Assembly: GCF_006345805.1 (NCBI RefSeq) | Contig: NC_043013.1 | Coordinates: 19,096,001-19,160,000 of the forward strand | Direction of reading: 5' to 3' | Length of the DNA: 64,000 bases | From: Octopus sinensis | Lineage: Eukaryota | Shown here: positions 38,704 to 51,599 of the stretch, one piece after another | Position numbering within the stretch: position 1 is the stretch's first letter | How the letters are laid out: each line of letters opens with the position of its first letter | Notes under the pieces: model-generated | What the model was told of the DNA's origin: nothing | Database searches by the model: none | What the model saw: the letters and a program-made list of their open reading frames with translations, nothing else | Made by a program: the position numbers and the translations under genes

Positions 38704-39347
38704 AGAACCGAAAATATAGACACCTGTTCTTTGCACCAATGTAAACAAATACCTAATAATAATTGACCAGCATTCCAACACAATGTTAATTAGAGATTTT
38801 GAATTTTTAGCAGGTCTAGATACAAGGACAGGTTTCTTTTAAGGAATTGGAGTTTTCATTCCATATATGTGTATGTATAGACACATCCCCCGCCCCCAAA
38901 TAAAACTCGAGCCACATGTATTGTTTTATTGAGGAGAGAATGAGCAGCACCTGCGATCGTCCTCAGAGCTTCGGGACGCTTGGAAAGAAGGAAACAGTTT
39001 GTCACAAATGCATGCTACATGGTACTGTGCGTATCCCGATACACATAGCCAAGAACAAAATGAGAACGTTTAGCCCATATGTCTGTGTGTGTGTGTGAAT
39101 GTATATGTACATGTGTGTCTGTACAAGTGTATAAACACATACATATGCACAAATACACACACATATAGTACACATACACCCATAACCCGCCCTCCACACA
39201 CACACACCTATATATGCAGGCATATAATGGACAAAATGTGGACCTGCAAAATTTCTCACGCAAATGTCAGGAGTGTAGAGCCGGTCAATTATTATTAGGT
39301 ATTTGTTTACATTGGCACAAAGAACAGGTGTCTATATTTTCAGTTCT
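38704..39347. mobile_element. Non-autonomous TIR element (~644 bp) with 68-bp terminal inverted repeats
   Basis: 38704-38771 is the reverse complement of 39280-39347 with about 4 mismatches. Confidence 0.65.
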
Positions 39348-39461
39348 CTTTGTTGCTGGTGGTGTTCTCATTGTTCTTGTTTCTCTACTTCATCTTCCCT
39401 TCGTTCGTCCTTCACTTCTTCTTTTCTTTTTATTTTCTTTCTTCCCGCTTTTCTTCCTTAC

Positions 39462-39548
39462 GAAACCAAACCAGACTGAGTATGTATGTACGGCTATATC
39501 TATATAACACGACTAAGAGTAGTCATTAGGTAAAAAAAGATTATCCAA
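39462..39548 (-). CDS. Candidate host gene exon (LDNLFLPNDYS*...), interrupted as assembled
   Basis: Good acceptor ttttcttacAG and donor TTC|GTAAGG. Phase 0 entry matches the previous exon. Contains an in-frame TAG; one extra base would give an open phase 0-1 exon. Confidence 0.35.
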
Positions 39549-40109
39549 CTGTAAGAAAACACAACCAAATCACCAAGCTCCAACAATAGACTACACAACA
39601 ATAACAACAAGCACGACTACGACTCCTACATTTCAAATTATTCTTTCCCATTGAAAACTCTGATAGAAATACATGAGAAATTTATTGTATAGAATGGCGG
39701 AGGCCTGAAAAATATCGATGAATAAAACGACACTATACGTAAACTGAAGTATAGACGTTTTCACTTTTCTATGCTCTGTTGAACTTTTTGTAACCACACC
39801 TATAGCAAAAACACTAACTTACACCCAGCTCAATAGTCAATAGCTTCATTTTTTTTCATATGTAAATATTTTCTCATAGCGACACCAGACCTAGTTTTGG
39901 TACTACATAGCAGCGATATGGTAGGATAGGTGGTGACAATTAGGAACGCACACACACATATCCACCTACGTATATACATATGTATTTGATGATGATTGTA
40001 ATGATATATATATTTTAAGGATTAAAATATATATGATGATATATATATTTTAAGGATTTTAAGGATATATATATATTTATATTTATTTATGTAGGTATAT
40101 ATATATATA

Positions 40110-40715
40110 ACTTAGAATAACTTAGAAAGGTTTTAGCCAGTATTGGCCCAGCCATGTCTAACTTAATAGCACACCTGGCGAAGTCTTTCAGTTCAGGATT
40201 TGGGCACCAAGCCCATTCGAGCAGAGAGTTATTGTTTGCGGAGACATATCCGGGTGTGGGTGGTTTGTCCGGTACTGTTTGAAGGAATTGTCCAAAGACT
40301 TCTTGAATTTTGTGTGGTCAGTTTCTTTTTTGACGTGCCCTGGTGTAATGTTGAAGAGAGCAGTCCAATTGAGGTGAAATAGTTGTGCCGTATTGTCGTT
40401 ATGTGATGCGATTTAGATTTTTGTTGTGGACGGATGGCACGTGGTCCAAGCCTTGGATGCATTTTGAAGGTGATGCCAACATCATTCAGACAGTGCTGGT
40501 GGAATATTTTCCACATCATACAGATAATGTAGCGTTCACGGCGTCGTTGGAGTGAATACAATTTCAGCTTCTCTAGTCTACCCCAGTAGTCAAGGTCTGA
40601 CATGCCATCTATCTTTTTTGTGATTGACCTTTGGGGAGCTTCAATTCTCATAATATTTTTGTTTTGTGTAGGGAGACCAACAGTGGACAGCAGTATTCAA
40701 GGTGGGGTCGGGCAA
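40110..40715 (-). mobile_element. CR1/L2-group LINE 3' fragment
   Basis: [11 protein letters not shown]...[40 protein letters not shown], with frameshifts. Confidence 0.85.
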
Positions 40716-40730
40716 TATATATATACATAA

Positions 40731-40801
<71 letters not shown>

Positions 40802-40889
40802 TGTAATATATGTATATATATATATGTATATATATAAAAAAATATATATATACATAAATATATATTATACATATATATATATGTATGTA

Positions 40890-40920
<31 letters not shown>

Positions 40921-40921
40921 T

Positions 40922-40954
<33 letters not shown>

Positions 40955-40958
<4 letters not shown>

Positions 40959-41282
40959 GAAACCTTCCAGTCGAGAGATTCCCACGCTATTATCCTTCTC
41001 TTCTCCACTTTTGCCCGACCCCACCTCGATACTGCTGTCCACTGTGGTCTCCCTACACGAAACAAAATATTATGAGAATTGAAGCTCCCCAAAGGTCATC
41101 ACAAAAAAATAGATGGCATGTCAGACCTTGACTACTGGGGTAGACTAGAGAAGCTGAAATTGTATTCACTCCAACGACGCCGTGAACGCTACATTATCTG
41201 TATGATGTGGAAAATATTCCATCAGCACTGTCCGAATGATGTTGGCATCACCTTCAAAATGCATCCACACCCGGATATGTCT
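40955..41282 (+). mobile_element. Inverted duplicate of the same LINE fragment, ending at the assembly gap
   Basis: Nearly identical to the reverse complement of about 40450-40715. Confidence 0.8.
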
Positions 41283-41382
41283 NNNNNNNNNNNNNNNNNN
41301 NNNNNNNNNNNNNNNNNNNNNNNNNNNNNNNNNNNNNNNNNNNNNNNNNNNNNNNNNNNNNNNNNNNNNNNNNNNNNNNNNN
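41283..41382. other. Assembly gap (100 N)
   Basis: Run of 100 N. Confidence 1.
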
Positions 41383-41660
41383 AGATGCCATAGAGAATGG
41401 CAGAACCTTTTTCCAGGCATAAAAAAGCGGAAAAACTTCGTGAGAGAATCAGAGGATTTGCCATGAATTATTCACATTTAATTGCTATAAGAATATTAAT
41501 GGCGCATTCGCACTGTAGGGGTTGACCGCTATGCATGTATATATGGCGGTGTGCATAACTATCTATTTATCTGTTTATCTATATACTAATATATTTGATA
41601 AATGACTGTGTGTCTTTGTGCATACACCGCCCACATATATATATATATATTATATATATG

Positions 41661-41711
<51 letters not shown>

Positions 41712-41961
41712 CGTATATATGTAATATATACATTATATTTATTTATGTATATATTATATATAAATATATATATATATGTATATAAGACATTATATGTATA
41801 TATATATTATTTGTATATATATGTATATACATTATATATATATAAATGTATATATATATATATGTATATATATGTAGATAGATATATATATGTAGTATAT
41901 GTATATGTATATATATGTATATGTATATACATATGTATATATATGCATGTATATATATATT

Positions 41962-42012
<51 letters not shown>

Positions 42013-42029
42013 GTATATATATTTATATA

Positions 42030-42064
<35 letters not shown>

Positions 42065-42137
42065 GTTATATATATTTATATATATATATATATATGTATA
42101 TATATAGTTATATATATATATATATATATATTATATA

Positions 42138-42176
<39 letters not shown>

Positions 42177-42269
42177 ATTTATATATATATAACATATATA
42201 TATAATATATATATATATAATAATATATATATATATATATTATATATATATATATCATATATATATATG

Positions 42270-42600
42270 TATGTATTAGGAGGAAACCCCCTTCGCTCCT
42301 GGAATGTTACCCTCCGAGGTTCACGTCCGGACAATGTTGCTTTTATGGGACGCCAACAGTCATCCATACATACCAGCCTCCCCTCTCCATGCCAAAGATG
42401 TTATCTGAGGGAAAGGCAAAGGGGCCGATACAGCTTGGCACCAGTGTTATCGCAACTCATTTCCACGGCTGAGTTAACTGGATCAACGTGTAATAATGTA
42501 CCTTGCTCAAGAAAACTACACGCAACCTGGACCAGGAATCGAACTTACAACCTCACGATCATACGCTCGACTATCTAATCACTCAACCATGCGCCTTCAC
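42270..42600 (-). mobile_element. SINE of the family C group, diverged
   Basis: Reverse complement match to 9541-9870. Confidence 0.65.
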
Positions 42601-42753
42601 TATACATGTATATATACATATTATATATCATATATATATAATATGTGTATATATCTGTACACCAATCTATATACATTTAAAGAAATAAAAACGTGGGCGT
42701 GTGAATATATATATTTATGCGTATTATATATGTATATACGCGTGCGTTTGAGG

Positions 42754-42788
<35 letters not shown>

Positions 42789-42879
42789 AAGTAGTAGTAG
42801 TAGTACTCGTAGAAGTATTGGCACTCGTAGTAGTAGTAGTAGTGGCGGTAGCCGTTGTCGTGGTAGTATACGTCTCTGT

Positions 42880-42975
42880 CTTTATTCTACTGTTGTTTAT
42901 ATTGTTATGCACTTTAGATGAGTTGTAGTGCACCTGAGCACTGTACACAATGTTTATTATTATTATTATTATTTT
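42880..42975 (+). mobile_element. 3' tail of the same CR1-like family with (ATT)n
   Basis: gttgtagtgcacctgagcactgtacacaat matches 29274-29303. Confidence 0.6.
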
Positions 42976-43549
42976 ATAAATACCGACATAGATACAGACA
43001 TACGTAAACACGCGCGCGCGCGCACACACACGCACATGCATCTCTGTTTATGTTTGTGCCCCTAATTTCTCCAATGTATATCTTTTTATGAACTAATTAA
43101 GATGCATTTTAGTTCAAGTTACGTTAATCAATCACTATTGGTACATTAATATTATGGAATTAAAATTTACGCAACATCATAGTCCCATCATGTCGAACCC
43201 ATTCCCTTTTGTCAATAATTTTGGTTTCATTGCAACATAAAATTGTTCTGTGCAATAAACCATATAGAGGGCATCATTCTCGGGTCTGTGTCACAAGGTA
43301 CAAGTTACACCTTCAAGCATTGATATGGTTTTCATTTTTTGCCTGTAATAAACGATTTCATTGAGGCATTCATTTCCTAAAGGTGGATCAAAGTAAAATT
43401 GTAAAACTAGAATACACTTGAAACGAAATGTAAAATTCGTGTAATTAACAAACGAAACCGAAACTCATGTTTTACTACGGAATCCAAAACTGACGTACAG
43501 AGACTGAAACAAGATTAACCCATCCCTCTCTCTCTCTGTATATGGATAT

Positions 43550-43640
<91 letters not shown>

Positions 43641-43705
43641 AGGTCCCGGTTGAGTCGGGGTTAACCACAGTAAATAAGGTACTCAATAAATGGCAGAGTA
43701 AATTA

Positions 43706-43833
43706 ATTTATTTTTAGAAGGAGCTTGTACAGGACTAGAACTGTTTCATTCAAATGAAATCATCAGGAAGCCATGATAATTTCATTGAATGAAACAGTTC
43801 TAGTCCTGTAGAAGCTCCTTCTATAAAATAAAT
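43706..43833. repeat. Near-perfect inverted repeat (arms of about 55 bp)
   Basis: atttatttttagaaggagcttgtacaggactagaactgtttcattc / gaatgaaacagttctagtcctgtagaagctccttctataaaataaat. Confidence 0.9.
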
Positions 43834-43854
43834 ATATATATATCTATATATATA

Positions 43855-44053
43855 TAGTTTCTGGGTTTGGGTAAAAGAAAATAAAGTAAGATCAGTTAAT
43901 TATGATTTTGTTCAACGTATTCCCTTTTCAGATTCACACATTTGTTGCAATATTCCTTCAGGTTTTTTCTAAAGCCTATAAAAAGTGTCGGAAACCTGGG
44001 CCTCCAACCAGGCAATACCATTAAAGCAAGGGACTTTTCAGCACCCCTTCGTA
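43855..44053. mobile_element. Second copy of the mariner-type MITE, one end lost
   Basis: Shares its body with 12994-13208 and ends ggacttttcagcaccccttcgTA. Confidence 0.6.
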
Positions 44054-44054
44054 C

Positions 44055-44095
<41 letters not shown>

Positions 44096-44555
44096 TGTAT
44101 ATACAAATTATATATATGTATTGTTAAGAGCATATACATTGACATTCAGCAACTCAACCATACACATGCTACACACACAGACACAGTCAGACAGATAGAC
44201 AGACACATGCACACACACACACACACACACACACACAACATATATATATATATACACACACACACATGTATATACATATATATGAGTCATTTTATAATAT
44301 ATATTATATACCATTGTGTTTAATATGCTCTTGCGACGTGACTGACACAATTAAAAAGGTTTTCAAGTTGTTTGTGTTTTCATGAAAATTTGGGTGGTGC
44401 TGTTATTACGAAGGACACGTTGCCTTTGACAAAGCTGCCCTGAGGAGCATCAAAGTGTACAGATGTCATAAACAATTGCTAAGTTATAAACTAGTGGATT
44501 TTACACTCACTGTCTCACGTCATCAGGTTACATGCAAGAACGGCAAAATGTTACA

Positions 44556-44601
<46 letters not shown>

Positions 44602-44852
44602 TTACTACTACTACTACTACTACTACAGTAATTATAGTTCTTTATGGCGGGTCGATAACGTGTACCTCTTCAGGTGTTTGCTTGAAATGTTAGAAATACT
44701 AGCCAACACATCTTACTTTCAAATCAAACTTTGCTGTTTTAGAAATAGTCGGGAATATGAAGGCTGGAATAAATTTTACACCTGTTCCATCAGGTGCAAA
44801 ATAGTGGAGACAGCAATGATTAATAAATTACGACGCTACCTCAAATGGCTAA

Positions 44853-44895
<43 letters not shown>

Positions 44896-44897
<2 letters not shown>

Positions 44898-45294
44898 TCT
44901 TTTACTTGTTTCAGTCATTTGACTGCGGCCATGCTGGAGCACCACCTTTTACTCGAGAATATCGACCCCGCGACTTATTCTTTGTAAGCCCAGTACTTAT
45001 TGTATCGGTCTCTTTTGCCGAACCGCTAAGTGACGGGGACGTAAACACACCAGCATCGGTTGTCAAGCAGTGCTAGGGAGACAAACACAGACACACAAAC
45101 ACATACACTCACACATATATATACATATATACGACAGGCTTCTTTCAGTTTCCGTCTACCAAATCCACTCACAAGGCATTGGTCGGCCCGGGGCTATAGC
45201 AGAAGACACTTGCCCAAGATGCCACGCAGTGGGACTGAACCTGGAACCATGTGGTTGGTTAGCAAGCTACTTACCACACAGCCACTCCTGTGCT
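44896..45294 (-). mobile_element. SINE family A, full length
   Basis: Matches 24899-25302. Confidence 0.85.
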
Positions 45295-45513
45295 TATATA
45301 TATATGAGATAATGGTGTCATTGAATCCTAAAGGTGTCAGGTAATGCTGAATAAGTGGTATAGACAGACCATAGTTAAGTTCCAGATTCGGTAATATTGC
45401 GAAAAAAGGGTTCAATGTTGGTTCTATGTCAGCATGTGTATATAAGAATTTTGCGTATACAGCCTTGTGGTTTTTTATCTTATTACGCAAAATATTATAT
45501 ATATATATGTATA

Positions 45514-45559
<46 letters not shown>

Positions 45560-45720
45560 ACGTATATTTGAATATGGCTAACCCCTAAGGGTGGATGCTA
45601 CTGTAGTTTGTAGCCCCAGGAGGACACCTCCAGCTGGCTATAGACACACTTTCTGTGCCCTATCACTGCTACTGTTGCTGCTACTGTTTATAACTCGCCC
45701 TGAATTTATCATATATATAA

Positions 45721-45789
<69 letters not shown>

Positions 45790-45827
45790 GGAATATATTT
45801 ACCAAAGATAATTGAAAATATTCTTAC

Positions 45828-45892
45828 CTGGGATTGGATTTGTTCTAAGTCAGTGTCATTTCCCACAAGATCCATCGTGATTTCCAAAGCAA
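45828..45892 (-). CDS. Host gene exon (VALEITMDLVGNDTDLEQIQSQ), probable start of a SEA-like domain
   Basis: Strong acceptor ttgttttctAG and donor CAG|GTAAGA. 65 nt, phase 1-0, compatible with the upstream cbEGF exon. Confidence 0.75.
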
Positions 45893-46277
45893 CTAGAAAA
45901 CAAATCAAGAAATTTAAGCTGTCTAACATTGACACTTATGATACATACATACGTTACAACATACCATACAGTCACATGTGCACGTGCGCGTGAATATACA
46001 TATATACGTATATAAATACATATATTACACATACACACACACACACGTACATACATAAGAGAAAAAGAAATAAGAAATGGAATTCGTGAGATTCTTTATT
46101 AATCACTACGATCGAGTCGACCCACCGTGCACCAATTCCTCACCGATGAGATTCTGTACGAATAGTTGCGGTACACCATTCGGTGAAGACGTGCCTCGTC
46201 AGATGACTTGTCAAAAGGTATCTGAACGAGCTTTAAACAGTATACTTCGATATGTGTACCCTAATTTAAAATTATTA

Positions 46278-46546
46278 CTTATATATATATATATATGTGG
46301 AGGCGCGTGGCTTAGTGGTTACGGTCTCAGCATCATGATCGTAAGATTGTGTTTTCGATTCCTGGACCGGGCGACGCGTTGTGTTCTTGGGCAAAACACT
46401 TCATTTCACGTTGATCCAGTCCACTCAGCTGGCAAAAATGAGTAACGCTGCGATGGACTGGCGTCCCGTCCAGGTGGGGAATACATAGGCCATTGAAACC
46501 GGGAAACAGAGCCCATGAGCCTGGCTAGGCTTTAAAAGGGCGCAAA
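46278..46546 (+). mobile_element. SINE of the family C group with a CORE-like central domain
   Basis: tggaggcgcgtggcttagtggtt...ttgtgttcttgggcaaaacactt...ccactcagctggcaaaaatgagta. Confidence 0.8.
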
Positions 46547-46551
46547 AAACT

Positions 46552-46594
<43 letters not shown>

Positions 46595-46639
46595 GTGTGT
46601 ATACTACAAGGTATATACTAAAATTAAAAATTATTATTC

Positions 46640-46674
<35 letters not shown>

Positions 46675-47234
46675 ACATACATATATGTATACATATATAT
46701 ACTCCTATATACAACAACATATATGCCTTTACATACTTATACACATTCAACATGCATCAACAATTGAACAAGAGTTTCCTTGATCGCTTCACGAACTTGA
46801 AATAAACAGTTGATTGTACCGTATATCATATTTCTTCGTTAACCCCTTTTAATACAGGTATGTATGTGCGTGCACGCGCGCGTGCTTGTGTATGTGTCAG
46901 TGTGTGCGTGCGGTAACGGTGTTGGCAATAAAAGCGACAGATATCCACCTGGCATAGAAACGGAATGTTTATGCAAAGATATCATGTCCCCTTAGCGGCC
47001 ACTGCAACGCAGAAGCCGTCGTATAAGAGACAGTGATAACACCGAAGGATCCCAACTTGGGGTGAAACATCCAGAAATATGCGGGTACGGCCGGAGTTCC
47101 TCTCAGGTCCGACTGAAACAAACGTCTCAGGAGTTAATATCCTATGCGAAACTGATTCATACGCTCAGCTGAAATGGATCTATAATACTATATACTTTGA
47201 TTGTTATATATAAAGATCGATTGATGGATAGATA

Positions 47235-47285
<51 letters not shown>

Positions 47286-47584
47286 GAGAGAGGGTAAGAG
47301 AATGGGAAAGAAAAAAAACTGGATTCAACTAGAAACACTGAGATGGAGAAAGGTTAATTTAGGTGTGCCAACTTGGACAGAATATTGTCATTTACTGCGA
47401 TCAAACTGTAATTTGATTTGCATTTATCACATATTTTTGTCAGATAATTTAATCATACTTATATTAATGAGATCTATCTAATACATATAAATCGTGGTAG
47501 AGCCACGACTAGAATACAGATTACACCATTGCCATCGATGTTCACTTATTCTAATAGTAGTATTGCATATCAATAACTGCCATG

Positions 47585-47815
47585 AAGTTGTGAGGCCTAG
47601 TGGCCAAGATGTTGTACTCATGATCCTACGATCGTGGTTTCAATTCCCGAACTGGACGGTGTGTTGCATCGTGTTCTTCGATAAAAAAAGAAACTGCATT
47701 TTAAGCTAGTTCAGTCCACTCAGCTGTAGATGACTAACCCTGCGACGGGTCGGTGTCCCATTTAGAAGGAACGTTGTAATCTTGGATACCTATACGCTAT
47801 TAAAACCGTGTAAAC
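47585..47815 (+). mobile_element. SINE of the family C group, diverged
   Basis: catgatcctacgatcgtggtttcaattccc...cagtccactcagctgtag. Confidence 0.6.
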
Positions 47816-48301
47816 GCGTATTGGGTATGCGGGTAGTTTAAAAATACCTAACGGAGTGATTACCGTACCCTGCATAGTTATGGGTTGCCCTTTGGCAAGG
47901 TATAGCACCCGTTCAGCCACACTACCAGGGATACAACGAAGTGAGGGATTGTAGCATGTCGGATTGTGACGAGATAGCGGAAGAGAGCAACTGAGCCGAC
48001 GGTGCTTCTTAGATTGATGCTGAGCGGAAGAATCTTAAACGATTAAACGGTCGGGATCGCCAAGCTTTATGAAGAGAGGAACTGCAGCGCATTCATAAGG
48101 GTGGCGTCCATGGCTATGTAATCAGTTAATGAAAAACTCTGTGACCCAAGCCCCTAATTCAAATTCATAATAACGGAAGTGGGTGGTGACAGAGTCATGG
48201 GGATCTGCGAAACCAGCCCAATGAATATTAGGGGTCAGGATGGTAATGCCAAGTAAATTCAGTGTACTTGGCCATTGATATTTTATTATATCTGTTCGCT
48301 T

Positions 48302-48962
48302 TAAGGCGGCGAGTTGGCAGAAACGTCAGCACGCCGGGCCGAAACGCTTAGCGGTATTTCGTCTGTCTTTACGTTCTGAGTTCAAATTCCACCGAGGTCG
48401 ACTTTGCCTTTCATCCTTTCGGAGTCGATTAAATAAGTACCAGTTACGCACTGGGGTCGATGTAATCGACTTAATCCCTTTGACTGTCCTTGTTTGTCCC
48501 CTCTATGTTTAGCCCCTTTTTGGACTATAAAGAAATAAGAAACGTCATCACGCCGGGCCGAAACGCTTAGCGGTATTTCGTCAGTCTTTACGTTCTGAGT
48601 TCAAATTCCACCGAGGTCGACTTTGTCTTTCATCCTTTCGGAGTCAGTTGCGTACTGAGGTCGATGTAATCGACTTGCACCCTCCCCCAAAATTTCGGGC
48701 CTTGTGCCTAGAGTAGAAAAGAATGTATATGTTCGCTAGAGCGGCGAGCTGACAGAAACGTTAGCATGCCAGGCGAAATTCTTAGCAGTATTTCGTCTGT
48801 CTTTATGTTCTGAGTTCAAATTCCGCCGAGGTCGACTAGGTCTTTCATCCTTTCGGGGTCGATAAATTAAGTACAATTTGAGTACTGGGGTCGATCTAAT
48901 CGACTATCCCTCTCTCTCAAATTGCCCCTCCCCTAACATTTTGGGCCTTGTACCTAGATTAA
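48302..48962 (+). mobile_element. Three head-to-tail SINE family B copies
   Basis: Heads near 48302, 48540 and 48738. Confidence 0.8.
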
Positions 48963-49844
48963 TACAGAAAAGAAAAGATTATATATGTTCGCATATGCAA
49001 TAAGCATTTGAATATATATGTATATGTATATATATTGGTTTGAAATTTGGGCATGAGCCAAGCAATTCAAGGGAAGGTTTTAATTGATCCCAGCTGTTCA
49101 ATTGATAGGCGGAATTTGAACTCAGAAGGTGAAGACGGAAAAAATGTCGCTAAGTATTTTTCCCGGGAAGCTAACGACTCTGCAAGCTCGTCGCTCTTAT
49201 GTGCATATATTTATTACATATTCAAAGAATATTCAAATATGTCTGTGGTGTCGAAGCTGAAAGTATTCTTAGTGAGATATCAAGTGCAGGTTAATTTCCG
49301 TTTAGCTTTCCGCTTCCTCCATCAGTCATACGCGTTTAGAGTTTGTACATAGTCCTCATATATATATATATATTTAAAGTGCATGTGCGTGTGAGTGTGT
49401 GTTTGTGTGTGTACGTGCGTGTGCTTGTGCGTGCGCGCGTTTTTGTACATATGTATGCATGTAATGATACGAGTTTGTACACATAAAATTTATAACGAAA
49501 TCACTGTTGTAGCATGACATGTGTATTATTTTCTCTCACATTAGTGAAAAACGAGAAATTGATAGTTCAACCATAAATAATTATAATTTCTATCGTACTT
49601 CTAAACATTCCAATGCAAGCGAGAAACATAAGAATTAACAAGTTAATTTGTCACATGAAATCTAAATGATTCTACAGTAGAGCATATGTGTGTGTGTGTG
49701 TGCATATATGCATGCAGGTATGTATGTACGTATGTAGGTGTGAGTATATGTAGGTATTATACATGCCAACGTACATTGACAACAGTATATCGCCAAAGAT
49801 TCCCAGTTTCTCTCATTAAATAATGCAACCACTACACACTTTTT

Positions 49845-50020
49845 TTCTTCTTGTTTCTCTCCTTGTTTTTTCTGTGTCTCTTTCTGTAGAAGAGCGTAGG
49901 CTCGAAACGTAAAAGACTTTTTCTATTTCTATTCCTGAGCGCCAAACAGATACATCTGTTTGTTTTGTACTCCACCTGTCTTCATCTTTTGTTTTTTTTT
50001 TCGTAAAATCTCCCTATATA
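49845..50020 (+). mobile_element. PLE-like terminus, family 2
   Basis: tctttctgtagaagagcgtaggctcgaaacgtaaaaga. Confidence 0.55.
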
Positions 50021-50172
50021 TATATATATATCGATCCCAGCTGTTCAATTGATAGGCGGAATTTGAAATCAGAAGGTAAACACGGACAAAATGTCGCTAA
50101 GTATTTTTCCCGGCATGCTAACGACGCTGCAACCTCGCTGCCCTTATGTGTATATTACATATACAATACGAG

Positions 50173-50222
<50 letters not shown>

Positions 50223-50759
50223 CAAACACGCACGCACGCACACATTATTATTACTGAGTGAGAGAACAGTACATGTCATCAAAGTAACACTAAGGTAAAA
50301 TATACGAAACCCAGTATCACCCATCGTGACTACCTGTCTGATGGTTATATTGAATCACAGCCAAATGTACACATGGTGATCTCATATCAAGATGAACAGC
50401 GCTGACCTTGCTGGTCGGGCCCTGTTTGTATTTTCTTCTGGTCGAGTAGCCCATCCCTCTCAAAAGGTCCCGGATTAAGTCTTGTTTAAGGATGCTGCAT
50501 GAAACAGCCTCGTTTCCTGGGGTGAATTATTCACCCCATTTACAAAGAATTCCTCTCAATACATGGCTATGATGCACTCCCCACTAACCGTGCTCCTGAT
50601 CAGAGGTGCACATATCGTCAGCCACTAAGAGACATGTTCAACTAGTTAAGATCAAGCAACTGACAAGCAAATCTGTGGTAATGTGCAGAATATTCGTTCA
50701 AGCCCATCATCTTCATAATCATTACCATCAATATTATTGTTATTATTATTATTGATGTG

Positions 50760-50930
50760 TACATTCTGAGTTCAAATTCCGCCGAAGTCGACTTTGCCTT
50801 TCATCCATTCGTGGTCAATTATTTAATTACCAGTTGCGTACTGGGGTCGAGCTAATCGATTGCCCCCCTTCTACAAAATTTCGGGCCTTGTGCCTAGAGT
50901 AGAAAAGATTACTATTGTTGTTGTTGTTGC

Positions 50931-50968
<38 letters not shown>

Positions 50969-51260
50969 GTAGTAGTAGTAGTAGTAGTAGTAGTATAGTA
51001 GTAGTAGTAGTAGTAGTAGTAGTGGAAGTAGTAGTAGTAGTAGTACCATTAAAGCGGCGAGCTTGCAGAATCGCTTGAACGTTAGACGAAATGCTTAACT
51101 GTATTTCGTCCGTTGTTATGTTCTGGGTTCAAATTCCGCCAAGGTCAACTTTGCCTTTCATCCTACGGGGTCGATAAAATAAGTATCACCTGAGCACTGG
51201 GATCTGTATAACGGACTTAACCCTTCCTTCGAAATTGCTAGTCTTGTGCCAAAATTTGAA
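50760..51260 (+). mobile_element. Two SINE family B copies separated by (ATT)n/(GTA)n
   Basis: ttctgagttcaaattccgcc at about 50765 and 51121. Confidence 0.7.
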
Positions 51261-51599
51261 ATCATCATCATCAGCATCATTAAGGCGGCGAGTCTTATTG
51301 ACAAGTGTCAACAACAACAATAATAACAATCCTTTCTACTATAGGCAAAAGACCTGACATTTGGTGACGGTGGTAAGTCGATTACATCACCGTCCAGTGC
51401 TCAGCTGGTGATTTCAGGACATCAAACTACGTGTTAAAGATTAAAACCAACACCCGGTGTAGCATCGACACCTTAATGCCGAAGGACATCAGCAGAAACC
51501 GTATTGTTGCAGGCATTGTTGCAAAGTCTCTGATTTGAGGAGAACCTCATCTCTTATGAAAAGATTGTTGGATTTTGTTTGATGAGGTTGGGGGTATCT

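Noticed and set aside
43171-43247. Possible phase 2-1 exon (TILCCNETKIIDKREWVRHDGTMML)
   Set aside because: Splice sites are plausible but the phase does not fit the neighbouring exons, and there is no domain signal.
46075-46245. Possible solo LTR (minus-strand AATAAAG, TG...CA)
   Set aside because: No TSD or second copy in the window.
46960-47160. GC-rich structured block tested for HDV or twister folds
   Set aside because: L3 is too short for HDV and there is no T1 partner for twister. Probably a retroelement UTR piece.
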